Shown here: positions 10,375 to 21,555 of the stretch, piece by piece
Layout of the letters: every line of letters begins with the position of its first letter
Position numbering within the stretch: position 1 is the first letter of the stretch
Source: Macrostomum lignano
Taxonomy: Eukaryota
DNA length: 61,729 bases
NCBI GenBank assembly: GCA_002269645.1
Contig: NIVC01004075.1
Location: 1-61,729, forward strand
Reading direction: 5' to 3'
The notes under the pieces: model-generated
Databases searched by the model: none
Seen by the model: the letters and a program-made list of their open reading frames with translations, nothing else
What the model was told of the DNA's origin: nothing
Position numbers and translations under genes: made by a program

Positions 10375-11798
10375 GAACCCGGGGGCTCTTCAGGCGTGGA
10401 AGGAGGAGGCATCAGAGCTTGCGCGCGCAGCTGGGCGAGCCTCTCCTGCCTCTCCCTGGTAGCCTCGTCTAACATATCTCTGCCCCACTCCTCTAAATCT
10501 TGCCTATGGCGATCAGGTGGCGCACGAAGCTGCAATTGCTGCTGCTGCACACCCGGCGCCGGCGGCGTGGGCGCCTCCTGAATTGCAAGCGGCGGGGGCT
10601 GGGGTTGGCGCCAGTTCCTACTGCTATTAGAGCCGCCCTGCCCCTGCCTCCAGTTCCTGTTGGGAGTGGCGGGGCGAGGGGGCCTCATCTGCTGGGGCAG
10701 CTGGGCAACAGACTCTGCTGTCGCCTTCATAGTTTCATTGAGCTGCACCAGCTGGTTGCGCAGATCCTTTTGCGTTTGCTCTAGCGCGCCCAACCTCTCT
10801 TGCATCTCTGATAGGCCGTCACCGTCCTCCTCCGTCTCGTCAGCTTCCTGGTTCACCATCCTGACCCACTTGCGAGGGGGCCTGGGTGGCTGCTGAGGTT
10901 GCAGACGGACTTCGGTGCGGGACTCAGACCTGGGCGGGCCACTACTGTCCCATTTCCCGGCTAAGTCTGCGGCTTCTAACAGGGCTTGCTGCTGTTCTAA
11001 CACCTGCTCAATTGTCTGCCAGCGACGGCTCAACAGATCTTGTCTGACCTGGCGGGGGAGCTTAGCGTGTTCCAAGTAGGTGTACACGATTTCTTGTTCT
11101 CTCTGCTCACCCTGAATCTGAGGAAACATGGCCGTTATCTGAGATCTTATCATAGCAGCAAAAGCACTATGTGATTGGCCGGGTTTCTGGCTCAGATTCT
11201 TCAGCTTATTTCTCTTAGCCAGATCAGTGTTGGCCTCGCCCAACTGCTCTCCTAATCTAGATACGAACTGCTCAAAGGGCAATTGCCCGTCCAATCCTAA
11301 GGCTAAGTTCTGAAATTCACCTGGGAGGTGCGAGATGAGCACCTGCTTCCTAGCCTGATCTCCTACAGTTCTCTCCGCGTCCAGCTTGTAGATCATTCTC
11401 TCTACCCATTGCACAAAACAGTGTTCGCCGGGAGAGAACTTTTCTACGTAGATTTTCGGCCTCTGGGCGTCTTGGCCCATGTTTAGCTGGTTAAACGCAT
11501 TGGCTATAGCGGCAACTAAGTCTCCTAGCTGCGGGACTGCCTGAGGAGGATTCTGGGCTGCGTCCGGGGGAGCAGCGGCGGCTGCTGCGCCACCCTGATT
11601 GGGAGCGGGAGCTGCTACTCCTTCATCTGGTTCCTCAACTACTACTGCTTCTGGAGGCTGAGGGACCTGGTTACCAGCGGCTGCGGCCATTGCGGCTGCG
11701 GGGGCGGCAACTGCTGGGGTGTCAGCGGCCGAGGGTGGTTGACCAGGGGCGTCTGCGCACACAGCTTCTACGACCCTATCTCCACGCGCCCGTGACAT
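10353..11798 (-). CDS. gag: Gag (Ty3/Gypsy capsid-like), 481 aa, no CCHC knuckle
   Basis: Ala/Pro-rich N-terminus; capsid-like core with LKNLSQKPGQSHSAFAAMIRSQITAMFP; coiled coil; Arg/Gln-rich C-terminus. Lies downstream of the PBS. Confidence 0.88.
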   Translation of the reverse strand: MSRARGDRVVEAVCADAPGQPPSAADTPAVAAPAAAMAAAAGNQVPQPPEAVVVEEPDEGVAAPAPNQGGAAAAAAPPDAAQNPPQAVPQLGDLVAAIANAFNQLNMGQDAQRPKIYVEKFSPGEHCFVQWVERMIYKLDAERTVGDQARKQVLISHLPGEFQNLALGLDGQLPFEQFVSRLGEQLGEANTDLAKRNKLKNLSQKPGQSHSAFAAMIRSQITAMFPQIQGEQREQEIVYTYLEHAKLPRQVRQDLLSRRWQTIEQVLEQQQALLEAADLAGKWDSSGPPRSESRTEVRLQPQQPPRPPRKWVRMVNQEADETEEDGDGLSEMQERLGALEQTQKDLRNQLVQLNETMKATAESVAQLPQQMRPPRPATPNRNWRQGQGGSNSSRNWRQPQPPPLAIQEAPTPPAPGVQQQQLQLRAPPDRHRQDLEEWGRDMLDEATRERQERLAQLRAQALMPPPSTPEEPPGSGNPWEG

Positions 11799-14147
11799 GT
11801 GAATGCCGGATAGCTGGGGGAGTACCCACTACCGGGAAGGAAAAGAAAAGAAAACCGGGGCAACTACAGGTAAAGACCGAAAAGTTGATCCGAAACACAC
11901 AAACACACTCACACACACAAACACAGACAAAACTCACACACTTGCGGCGTCGAAGAAAACAAATTGAAAAACGGGTGGCTCCACATAATTCCATTTAGGC
12001 AGTCCTAACGGCTTCACTCGGCAAAGCACACTGACTCAAACTGCGGCTACCACTACCAGTTGTCTATGGCACATCCTGACAGGGAAAAATTGGCTATTCA
12101 GAGAGACTTGACCTTCATTTTGCGGCCATGCTAGGGAACCCAAATGCCGACCGTAAACGGACTTACGGCACCTGTACAAATTCTCCCCTAGGGTTGCGCG
12201 CCGGACCCCATTTCCTTAAGAAAGCTACTACGAAGAAGCGTTGGCGCCTGGACCCAAAAACCCAAGTGGCGGGAGCAATCCCCATGGAGGTCCTCCCACT
12301 TTACTGCCCTTGCACAGCCGGAAAACCGTCGGAGTCCAGTGGGGCTTCCACCTCAGGACTACCAATCTTGTACACGCAGCTTCACAAAAGGCGGGAATCC
12401 AGCTCCCCTACGTCTAGCAGAATCCACAAAAACCAAGACCTCCCCCTTCTGTTCAGAGCGAAGGCGCGCAGCGGGAGTCCAGACTAAACTGTCCCCGAAG
12501 TTTTCAGGTTAGGCGGATTACAAGCCTGAAACTCTCGCCCGCTTTCCTAGGATAAACAGACCTAAGTGAGTATCTTCCTGAAATGCTTGCCCCTCCGATA
12601 CTCCACCTTTGCTGCAGCTCGAAATAGCATACTTGGGACCTTTATCTGATGGCGGAGAAAGTCCTACAGTTGTCAGCCTCTCCACTTTACTGTACTTGAA
12701 CGCCCGGTTCTACCAGGAGACAGCGGTACCTCCATCTAGGTTATTCCAAGTTGCCAGAGACGTCAACCCGTCTTATTGACCTTGCGGGGCACTGGGGTGG
12801 CACTCTATGTACCGGGGCTTTACATTAGGGGACTGCATGCAACCCTGCGTCTAAGCGCTTAGTGGGCTGCAGTGGCCAGAGGGGAAAAGAGTTGCGCAAT
12901 AGCGCCTTCCTGGGCCAGGCTGACAAGTCGGGCAGGAGCGCCGTTCTACCGGGTCGGGCTGATTGGCACACCCACCTCCCCTATCAGACTGACAGCAGGG
13001 GGGAGGAATTACTAAAGGAGGAGAATGCAGCAGGAAACATTACGAGATCACTGGGGGCCACCAGACTTCCAGTACACCATTCCAATACTCACTGAACTCC
13101 ACTATCAATAGGATACTATGGGATCTACTATTTCCAGCCACTGCACCAGCCCAAATGCAACCAAAGCAGTTACTACCGGGTCTGCAATACAGTGGGGAGA
13201 GTCAGCAGACACGTTGGGATCGAATCCCAGCCATGAAGGCACCAGGGGTTACCGCAGAATTCAGGTCCGGGCTGATCGCAGGTATTCCATAGGAGGTGAC
13301 ACTTTTTTTAGCCCGAGATTTTTGAGTCACACTGATACCCTACAGAGATACAATCACACCGCTATTCCCATTCCTGCGAGACTTTGGTATCCCCCAATGT
13401 TTCCAAGGCCATGACTACTGCTTCCCTTACTATGCATATATAGCGAGTTCCCCATAGCCCTTGATAGCTGTTCATTCTAATGGACAAACAAAACACGCTC
13501 CGGTCTCTACGCATTTCTAGGATTAACTGAGCGATCAGGGAGAGCGACTGTTACACTCCCCGAGTAAAAGAAAGAGGTAGGACAAAGGAAAGAAATGCTT
13601 CGCTTCCAGCTTCCCTGTGCTTGCGTGATGAGGCTTCCGTACCTGGCTGGCTGTCCACCTCAACACTCACACAGTTCTGCTGTAGGCTAGGCGAGAGAAA
13701 GAAAGGGAGGGGAAATAAAGCATATTACCATGAAATAGAAAGTGAGTCCGGAAAATTCACTTTCGCAGTTCTTCACACACTCCGTTACCAGGTAGCTATT
13801 CTGATTGTAATCAAATCCGCTCGTCTACCACTTCACACTTTCTAGCGCTGAAACTGATCGGCTAAATTAATTTTAAATTGAATCAGGGGCTTTTGGCGAA
13901 TGAATGAATTTGGAAATTTCGAATGAATTGAACGAATTCGCAGCCCGAAAAATTTGAAAAGTTACATTAATATTTTTGGATTTTGTTGCCTCACGCCATG
14001 GGAGAAGAGAATGACGATTGGCGATTTTTACGATTGGTAGATTTAGACATGGCACTCTTTGCGCTTCGGCCACCATTCTGAGGGATGCCACAGGTGCGCT
14101 TGTCACATCTAAACCACCAGTCCGAAACTCAGCGCTGTTTGCACCAG

Positions 14148-14165
14148 ATCCCACCGCTGCCACCA
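14148..14165 (-). other. Primer binding site, tRNA-Leu type
   Basis: TGGTGGCAGCGGTGGGAT, 3 nt from the 5' LTR end. Complementary to the 3' 18 nt (ATCCCACCGCTGCCACCA) of the tRNA-Leu(AAG/TAG) sequence as I recall it. Confidence 0.9.
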
Positions 14166-14168
14166 TTT

Positions 14169-16384
14169 TGATGTAACCGCCCTTGTCGCCTGTCCGCTCC
14201 GTAGAGAGACGAACGCATGGCTAGAGGGGGCAATGACCGTAGGCTGCCTATGACCGGGCAATGACCTGACGGACCTCCAGCACCAGACTGTCCCGCCCAC
14301 ATGATTAGTAGCTTTGGTAGCGCTTCGTGACCAGAGGGCCAAGGACCCACATGGACCCCACCTGTAGCCAAGGTGCAATAGTTGGTCACTCGGTCATAGT
14401 ATGACCGAGTGGCTGCCACCACTCTATGTGACCTGGCGCACCTGGATCTTTCTACCAGACCTCTCGAGGCTAGAGCCCCGCCTGGATTGGTTACCAGGGG
14501 ATTTAGGCTAACAGGGGAGACGCATGCAGCCGAGTACAGGGACTCTGCTTGGGGCATGATCGGGAACTCTGGGCTCAATCCTGGAGGATTTCTCAGCAGG
14601 GGATCCTTTGTGGCTGTGAGCGAGGCTGACTTGCGACTTTGATTACTAAGAGTAGTATGAGGCGAACATGTACTGTCTACAGTTTAGATTGCTCAGGGCG
14701 AAGGGACGCGTTAGCATGGGGTTGCAACCTTCCTACTGCCATTCTGTGCCAAGACTCGCTAATCCCTCTACTGCACGCACACGCGGCCCCGCAGCACGCA
14801 CTCACAGGCGGGCTTTGCACGGGGAGAGGCCATTAGCTTACCCAAACTTCCTTATGCTTTGCCACCCCGGGAGAAAGGCTTAGCAAGCCATGAGTGAAAT
14901 GATGGTGAAAGATTGAATAATGATGAAGTTAGTTAATAGTTAATAATTAGGCCCTTAGGCAAATAAGTAGGCAATTAGGCGGCTTCACTATTGAGTAAAA
15001 TACAGCAAAAGATACGGTATCACAATTGGCTCAGCTCTCTAATCAGACAATGGAAAATAGGCAAACCCCGGATAAGCAAAGGCAATTAGAGCACAAATTA
15101 GTAGCAGGAACTTACCGGCAGCTGCACAGAGAGAGAGAGAGGCGGAGTGACCGAGGGCGGCTGTAGGCTGCAGTCAGGCAGACGGTGAAGCGGCGATGCG
15201 CTGGAGCGACGAGGCGCTGATGTAGATCAGGCGATGCTGATGATGCGGGCGGTATCAGACCGCTGGCCGATAGGCGAGCTCACTTGGGGAGCTAAGGATA
15301 ACTTGGCGGTAACAGACCGCGGGCCGGCAGGGATTCGTCTTATAGACGAATGGGTCAGAACTCAATCTGACAGCAAGTCCAAAGAAGGACGAGGAGAGGA
15401 ACAGAGATAAACTCAGTTGAGTATTCTCATGCCGAAATCGCTTCCTTTTATAGACCTCACAGCCGCCTCCTCAAGGTCGTTACCATGGCTCCCTCTCTCT
15501 GATTGGCTGCCGGCAGAATGACGTCAGAATGAGTCATGATGAGAAGCATGAGACCGGCATAGCAACATGAGAAATCGGGAAATTGCGCAATCCGGAGGTG
15601 GGGTGGGGGGATAATTGGCGCAGCGGGTGGTCGCGAAAGTGTTGCGCAAGCACACATTGAGAACAATAGGGCTGGGGTCGAGAACAAAGGAATTGGAAAT
15701 CGGGGATAATTGGGGAAAACTGAGAACAATGGAAAAGTAAACATTGGAGAAAAGGTGATAATTAGGTGCGAAAACGAGAACAAAAGAAAGAGAAAATCGG
15801 AGAAAATGTGATAATTGGTGGGGGTCGAGAGAACAAAAGAAGCAAAAACGAGAACAATAGAAGCGGAGGTGGGGTGGGTGTCACATGAGAAATTTGGGAA
15901 GGAGAACAATAGCGTGAGAAAAGGTTGCGCAAGAGAGGGGGATGAGTCATCGATGAGTCACCGAGGGGGAGAAGGGGTCACACGACTTGCGTCACCGTTT
16001 GGGAGTTTGAGAGGGGATGGGGAGACGGTGAGCACACAAAGTACTGTAAGTAGACACAGGAAAAGAGGGGACAGCGCAGGAAAAGAGTGCAGAGGGAGAC
16101 AAAAAAAGGAGGAGGTAGAGAAAGTACAGGAAGAATAGGGCGGGAACAGAAGAGATAGGGTAGAGGGGGAGGTACAGAAAGGGGTAGGGGCTCCGGAAAG
16201 GCAGGTGTGGCGGCAGGAGAGACGGGACCAAGGCAGCAGGAGAGGTGCAGCAGAGCGGGAGTCTCCAGGCCCGGTCGGAGACCTGGCCGAGTCTCGACAG
16301 CTCTGTGCAGAGGGTGCACGGGATAGGAGGCACTTTCGAAAAAGTTCCCATGCCCTATCCCGCGACCAGAGCGTGGTTACATCA
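14169..16384 (-). repeat. 5' LTR (2216 bp)
   Basis: Direct repeat of 3229-5442, adjacent to the PBS. Confidence 0.97.
15445..15536 (-). promoter_or_regulatory. LTR core promoter (TATA, CCAAT, CRE, AP-1); same motifs at 4505-4596
   Basis: TATAAAAG 15445-15452, CCAAT 15502-15506, TGACGTCA 15519-15526 and TGAGTCA 15530-15536, in canonical order and spacing. Confidence 0.7.
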
Positions 16385-17680
16385 GACAGAAAAAGCCAAT
16401 TCATAGCCAACTGTCAGAATTGATTGCAAATTGTTTGAATTGATTGCAAAGTGTCGCTTTTGAAAGTACATTTGTCGGAATTGAATGCACGTCCGGCCAA
16501 GAACTACCATAAACTGTCTGAATTGAATGAAAAGATTTTGACTTTGATTGCACGTTTGCCAAAATAGCTCGTAGAATGGAAAAAGGTGTAGAAAGGACTA
16601 AAGTTACTAAAGGACTAAAGGGGCTAAAGAACAGATAAAAAAAAATAGAGTTTATCTAAAGAGTAGACATACGCGGTAATTATAAGTACAGAGTGAGGCG
16701 CGTGAACGGATATGGCGTACATATTGAGGCGGGGCGCTGGTAAAAGGGAAGTCGATACATTGAATTTGTAATTCCAGTAAAGTTGATGACATCAATATGC
16801 ATAGTAACAGAGGCAAAAGGGGACGGGGGCAAGCCAAGAGACAGGCGCCGCAGGGAAGAGAAGGGAGCGAGAGAGAGAAAGTACAATAGTGCGCAGTGAC
16901 AGGCAATAGCATTGGAGATGAAGGGATTTACATGGAGGGATTCAGATGAAGGGGTGTGATGCTGCATCTACCGTAGAGTACGGATACATCAGCAGAAGAA
17001 GATCTGTGAGGATGGAAGGTGCTGTTAGCAAGAGATGGCGGGCAGCCGGGGAGAAGTGGCACTCACCCAGGGCCATATCCCTCGTCTCCTAAACCAGAGC
17101 CCAAGACAATTGGGAGCAATTAAAAATGAAAAATTGATGAGGCTCTCGGGCGCCTAAACCGTGCAGGATACAAAATGCACTACACTAATACTAAAAGGTT
17201 TTTGTAGATTAGCAACTAAATTAGAAAAAGCTCTGCTTGTGTTTCTTAACTAAGACGGATTTGTCTCAGCTGAGTTTAGCCAGTATCATATAATATTTAG
17301 CTGAGCACACAAGCGCTAATACTGTACGCAGGCCCGCACTCACACACACGCTCACACCGGGTGTACAGAGGCCCTGACTTTCTAATCGTCAGGCGTGTAC
17401 AGTCTATGTGCCCCGGGAGTGGCCCTCATAATTTGTGAATTGCACAACGAACTAGGGGTCATGGCGCAAGAGTCAGACGCGCCCTGCCCTGCCTCATGCC
17501 AATCTGATATTACTTTTTGTAGATGAGGTACGCGAATGGTCCCTGATCGGCTGGGGGCTATGAGATCTCACCTCACTCTCCCAGAAGTCTCATGCCTATA
17601 CTCTCAATGTACTTTTACCGAATCTCACCAAATTAGACTGTTACTTTTAATGTACTTCTCAATCATTTGATATGCCTAGT

Positions 17681-17820
17681 GCCTAGTGGCTAGAGCGTCG
17701 GACTCACGACTTGAAGGTCGGGGGTTCGATTCCCGATTCCACTGAGACAATTTGTGTCCTTGAGCAAGACACAAATCTGCATTGCTTCAGTTCACCCAGC
17801 TGTAAAATGGGTGCTAGAAT
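17681..17820 (+). mobile_element. tRNA-derived SINE with a CORE-like domain
   Basis: A-box-like TAGTGGCTAGAGCGTCGG and B box GGTTCGATTCCC. These are followed by GTGTCCTTGAGCAAGACAC...CTTCAGTTCACCCAGCTGTAAAATGGG, which resembles the MIR/CORE consensus. Confidence 0.75.
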
Positions 17821-18380
17821 TAGCTGGGGTAATTGAGGGTGTGTGTGGAGACCCCCGTACGCAGCCTTCAGATGCGCCGCGCAATAGCTGCGGCTGAGCT
17901 GTCGGTTGCACATCTGGTGCAACTGGGGCAGGCGTAACCAATTATCAATTATTTTAGGATGAAAAAAATTATTTCAAGCTCTGCAATAATCTTTGCGAAA
18001 TCTGTTTAAAACCACATCTGGTCGTCATCTGTTTATTATTTAGCTCAGTCATACTGCAGAATCTGCCCAGGCTCAATTCCAAGTGCAGTCACATTCATTT
18101 GGGGCTAAATTGGAATCTCGGCTTGGCTCTGCTTGTGCAATTAACGCCATTGAGGGCCAACCCCCCAAGGCACAGTGAGGTGTACATGACTAGCCACGAT
18201 AAATAAAGTTAGGGCTGCTGTACACTCCTGTGTGAGTGTGTGCCTGTGCGTATGAGTGCGTACGCATCCGCGCGCTTGCAAGTGTGCTCGCGGTGCAATA
18301 ATCTCTGGCCGACCAACCCCAACTTACGAATTCAGTCAAATCCAGTATGTACGCAATGAAAGTAATCTTAACATATGTAT

Positions 18381-18967
18381 CAGGGGCGTCGCCACCCGGG
18401 GGGGGGGACAGGGGGGACGTCTCCCCCCCCCCCGAGTAAAAGTTATGGGGGGGACATGCCAATGCTTTGTCCCCCCCCCCCCCCACTCAACCTCATGATC
18501 CGTTACGAAAATCAATAATTTTGCTTCAGGGTGACAAAATATAGTGCCTGCAGCGCCAAAATGAGTGCCTGCAGCGCTAAAATGAGTGCCTGCAGCGCCA
18601 AAATGAGTGCCTGCAGCGCCAAAATGAGTGCCTGCAGCGCCAAAATGAGTGCCTGCAGCGCTAAAATGAGTGCCTGCAGCGCCAGAATGAGTGCCTGCAG
18701 CGCTAAAATGAGTGCTTGCAGCGCCAAAATGAGTGCCTGCGGCGCCAAAATGAGTGCCTGCAGCGCCAAAATGAGTGCCTGCGGCGCACAAAATGAGTGC
18801 CTGCAGCGCCAAAATGAGTGCCTGCGGCGCACAAAATGAGTGTCAGCAGCGCCAAAATGAGTGCCTGCGGCGCCAAAATGAGCGCTGACAACATCGATTC
18901 AGAAAATAATGTACATGTAGAATTCTTGGCTTTGTCCCCCACCATAAAATCCATGGCGACGCCCCTG
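18381..18967. mobile_element. MITE with CAGGGGCGTCGCCA TIRs and an internal 21-bp minisatellite
   Basis: Perfect 14-bp TIRs with flanking AT on both sides. Second family member at 29297-29600. Confidence 0.85.
18543..18878. repeat. 21-bp minisatellite (AGTGCCTGCAGCGCCAAAATG), ~16 copies
   Basis: Direct reading of tandem units inside the MITE. Confidence 0.92.
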
Positions 18968-19993
18968 ATACATATTTAACATGTACAATACAGAAGAGTT
19001 CAAAGAGAATTTAATGTTTGCGAATGAGATATTTCATCTCAGCCCATCACAGAGTATTCTGTCTAAGTCTGTTTGCTCCGCTTGAGTTGTAAGTGTCACT
19101 TGTGCCTGTAAGCTGACGTGACGTGAATCAATAATTACAGAACCAGTAAGTCAGAGCTATGAAAAGTTATGTCTAGCGATATTTGCATTGGGATAAAAAA
19201 ATAGGATAGAATCCCGAATCCATTTATTTTACTTCACACATTTTCGTTATCACTTCAAAGTGAATTTGACAGTTTGTAAAATTGTAAAATATAGGCGTGC
19301 ATCTCTTTGATATTATATACACACAACTCATGTTGCAGTCTACAGATGAGTTATTTAAGAATTTCTAGGATAGCAACAGTGGAATTATGGATTATAACCA
19401 TCTATTCTTCGGGATTAAAGTCTATTTTACCCAGAAATTTTACAGTCCAAAGACAGCCAGTGAACTAAGCAGTATCGGTATGATGCAACAGCTAATTCTG
19501 TATCGTAGCGTAGAGAGCCCATATATTCAATTGATTGAATCAGTCAACATGCAGTTCGGTGTTGCGTAATTGGAGTGGCCAAGTCGAGTGTCAGAGCGAT
19601 ATTTGCAAGCACTAAAGACGTACGAGTCTTACATGCGGAATGCTGGCAGTTTATAGCGCGCACAAGAACAAGCGAATGTGTAAGACTTCCGGAGTCCATA
19701 TTCGATCTCAAATAACAATCAAAGCCTCTTCACGAGCGATTATATCACATGACTGATGTACAAAGCAACGAAAATAATACACAAATCGTGCGATTCCTCA
19801 AAAATTACATGCATTTGACGGCGGTGTGAATCAAAGCATCAAATCCAAAGTCTTTTTCCCCTGGCAGATGCAGTTATTGTAAGTGCGACGCCGCCAAAAA
19901 CTATCTGATTTAAAGCCTTAAGACAAAGCTTTGGGACTCTGAAGAACAAGCGGTCAAGAAATCTATCGAATGCCAAAACGGCGATATCAATGT

Positions 19994-20758
19994 CTAGTCA
20001 AAGGGCGACACGCACTCGCACACGACGCCCCTGTCCGTGTTCTGTCGCACGTCGTGAAGCCGGCCCGTAGCCGACCCTCTGGCGAGGGCTTCTTCGTTAC
20101 CGCCGTTGTTGTCGGGCTCATGGCCGTACCACAGACTCTCATTCACGGTGATGCCGCAGGTGCTCCACACCCAGCCTCCTCGCGGCTCCGCACTGCCTGC
20201 TGGCTGGTAGCCGTCCAGGAACAGATTGAGGTTCAGACTGTACTTGGTGTACAGCTGGTTGATGTAGCCCATCTCGGCTAAGTCCACCGCATCCGCCATC
20301 ATTGCCAGGCCGCCACCGAACTCGCACCGTTGCTTCTGAGCTGCCCAGTAACCCAACTCAGAGTACAGTCTGTACTTCACTCCGCACCGGTCGTCGCCGA
20401 AGTCAGCCGGACACAGCGAGCCGGGCGGGAGACCCGACTGCAGCTTGACGAGCAGGCGACCTCTGAGGGAGCAGCTGCTGCAGTTCCTCACCGACTTGCT
20501 GCACCTGTCGAACACGAACAGCTGGCAGGGTCCGGCAGCGGTGGTGAAGGCCTGGCAGCTGGGCTCCTGGCTGCACAGGAAAGCGCAGGGCTGCTCGGAG
20601 CTCACCTCGGGGATGGTGCGAGTGAACTCAGGCCGGATGCACAGGGAGCCGTTGATTGGAGAGTAGCGGCTGCGGCACGTCTGTGCGCTGCAGTGACGGA
20701 CAGTCGGCAGTGACAGCAGCGAGATGTACAGCGGCAGAAGGTGCAGCAGCTGCGGCAT
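19994..20758 (-). CDS. Secreted PAN/apple + C-type lectin domain protein, 254 aa, intronless
   Basis: Hydrophobic signal peptide. PAN-like Cys pattern (CAFLCSQEPSCQAF...CQLF). CTLD features: C..FGGGLAM, WVWS, WYGHEPDN, terminal VVCE. Confidence 0.85.
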   Translation of the reverse strand: MPQLLHLLPLYISLLSLPTVRHCSAQTCRSRYSPINGSLCIRPEFTRTIPEVSSEQPCAFLCSQEPSCQAFTTAAGPCQLFVFDRCSKSVRNCSSCSLRGRLLVKLQSGLPPGSLCPADFGDDRCGVKYRLYSELGYWAAQKQRCEFGGGLAMMADAVDLAEMGYINQLYTKYSLNLNLFLDGYQPAGSAEPRGGWVWSTCGITVNESLWYGHEPDNNGGNEEALARGSATGRLHDVRQNTDRGVVCECVSPFD

Positions 20759-21555
20759 ATTTTCTGACTGTACTCGTTCGGTCTCAGTGCTTCAGCTAGC
20801 TTTGAATGCAGCAGAGCCGTCTCCTTTTAGCCTGTCTCTCAGCTGAAGAAATAGTCTGCTAGTTATTTGCCACTCTCAACCCTTTGCAGATGGTTGCCTT
20901 CTCTCTGCTCCGCTCCCTTGTTCTAATTGGGTATTTGGGATTCCTCTTCAGAATGGCTGCGTCTTTCCTACCGACAGCAGTTGCTGCCTGTCTCTGGCTT
21001 CTCTTCAGCAAGCATGCTGTTTCGGCAACCTCGGTATCGTTCTCACTCAGGTGAGGGTTTGTTTACGAAGCTGTGCTGGTAGTTGCATCCCTTATTTTGG
21101 AAGCGTTTCTTTCTCAGAAAAATTATTCTGCATTCTGAGTTTTGCCACATTCTTGCTGCGAGTGAATTTGCTCTAATATTCCGTATTAGTTCTCTATAGC
21201 TTTTTCCCTATCTCCACTACTTCCGCCTGTCACTGCCACCCATCCATCCCATAGCATCCGCCATGCTTCAACGGCTAGCATAGCATTGGTAATTCTGGCA
21301 GTTGCAACGCAACGCAAAAATGTTCGAACGCAACCGTTTTAGCAGAGCGGGGTTAGTGTGAATATCAGAGTATAACCTCGTATATGTGTAACATTTACTG
21401 TATATTTTTATGAATTAATTAATAGGATGAACAACCCTCTGAATACCCATTTTCATACTGATCCTAATAGCTTAGTGCCAGTTTACATAAATAGCTTTTT
21501 CATATCGAAAGTGAGCAAGGTTTTGAGCAACTCGAGGCTTCAGCTCGCGGGTGCG

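Larger units (their letters stand above)
3229..16384 (-). mobile_element. Full-length young Ty3/Gypsy-type LTR element lacking RT/RNase H/integrase (gag-protease plus accessory ORFs)
   Basis: Two 2.2-kb direct repeats bounded by TGATGTAACC...GGTTACATCA. 4-bp TSD GACA at 3225-3228 and 16385-16388. PBS, PPT, gag and retropepsin ORFs are all on the minus strand. Confidence 0.95.
2510..16588. mobile_element. Non-autonomous DNA transposon (MITE/foldback, ~290-bp TIRs, probable TA target duplication), split by the LTR element
   Basis: The left arm 2510-~2797 is the reverse complement of (3156-3228 joined to 16389-16588). Ends are TA|CACCTTTTTCC...GGAAAAAGGTG|TA. The arms carry repeated CAATCAATTCYGACA subterminal motifs. 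Confidence 0.8.

Noticed and set aside
13215-13235. GGGATCGAATCCC B-box-like site in the element leader
   Set aside because: Mismatch to GTTCGA, with no A box or tRNA fold upstream.
17681-17740. tRNA gene
   Set aside because: A and B boxes are present but no acceptor stem or full cloverleaf, and it runs into a SINE body.
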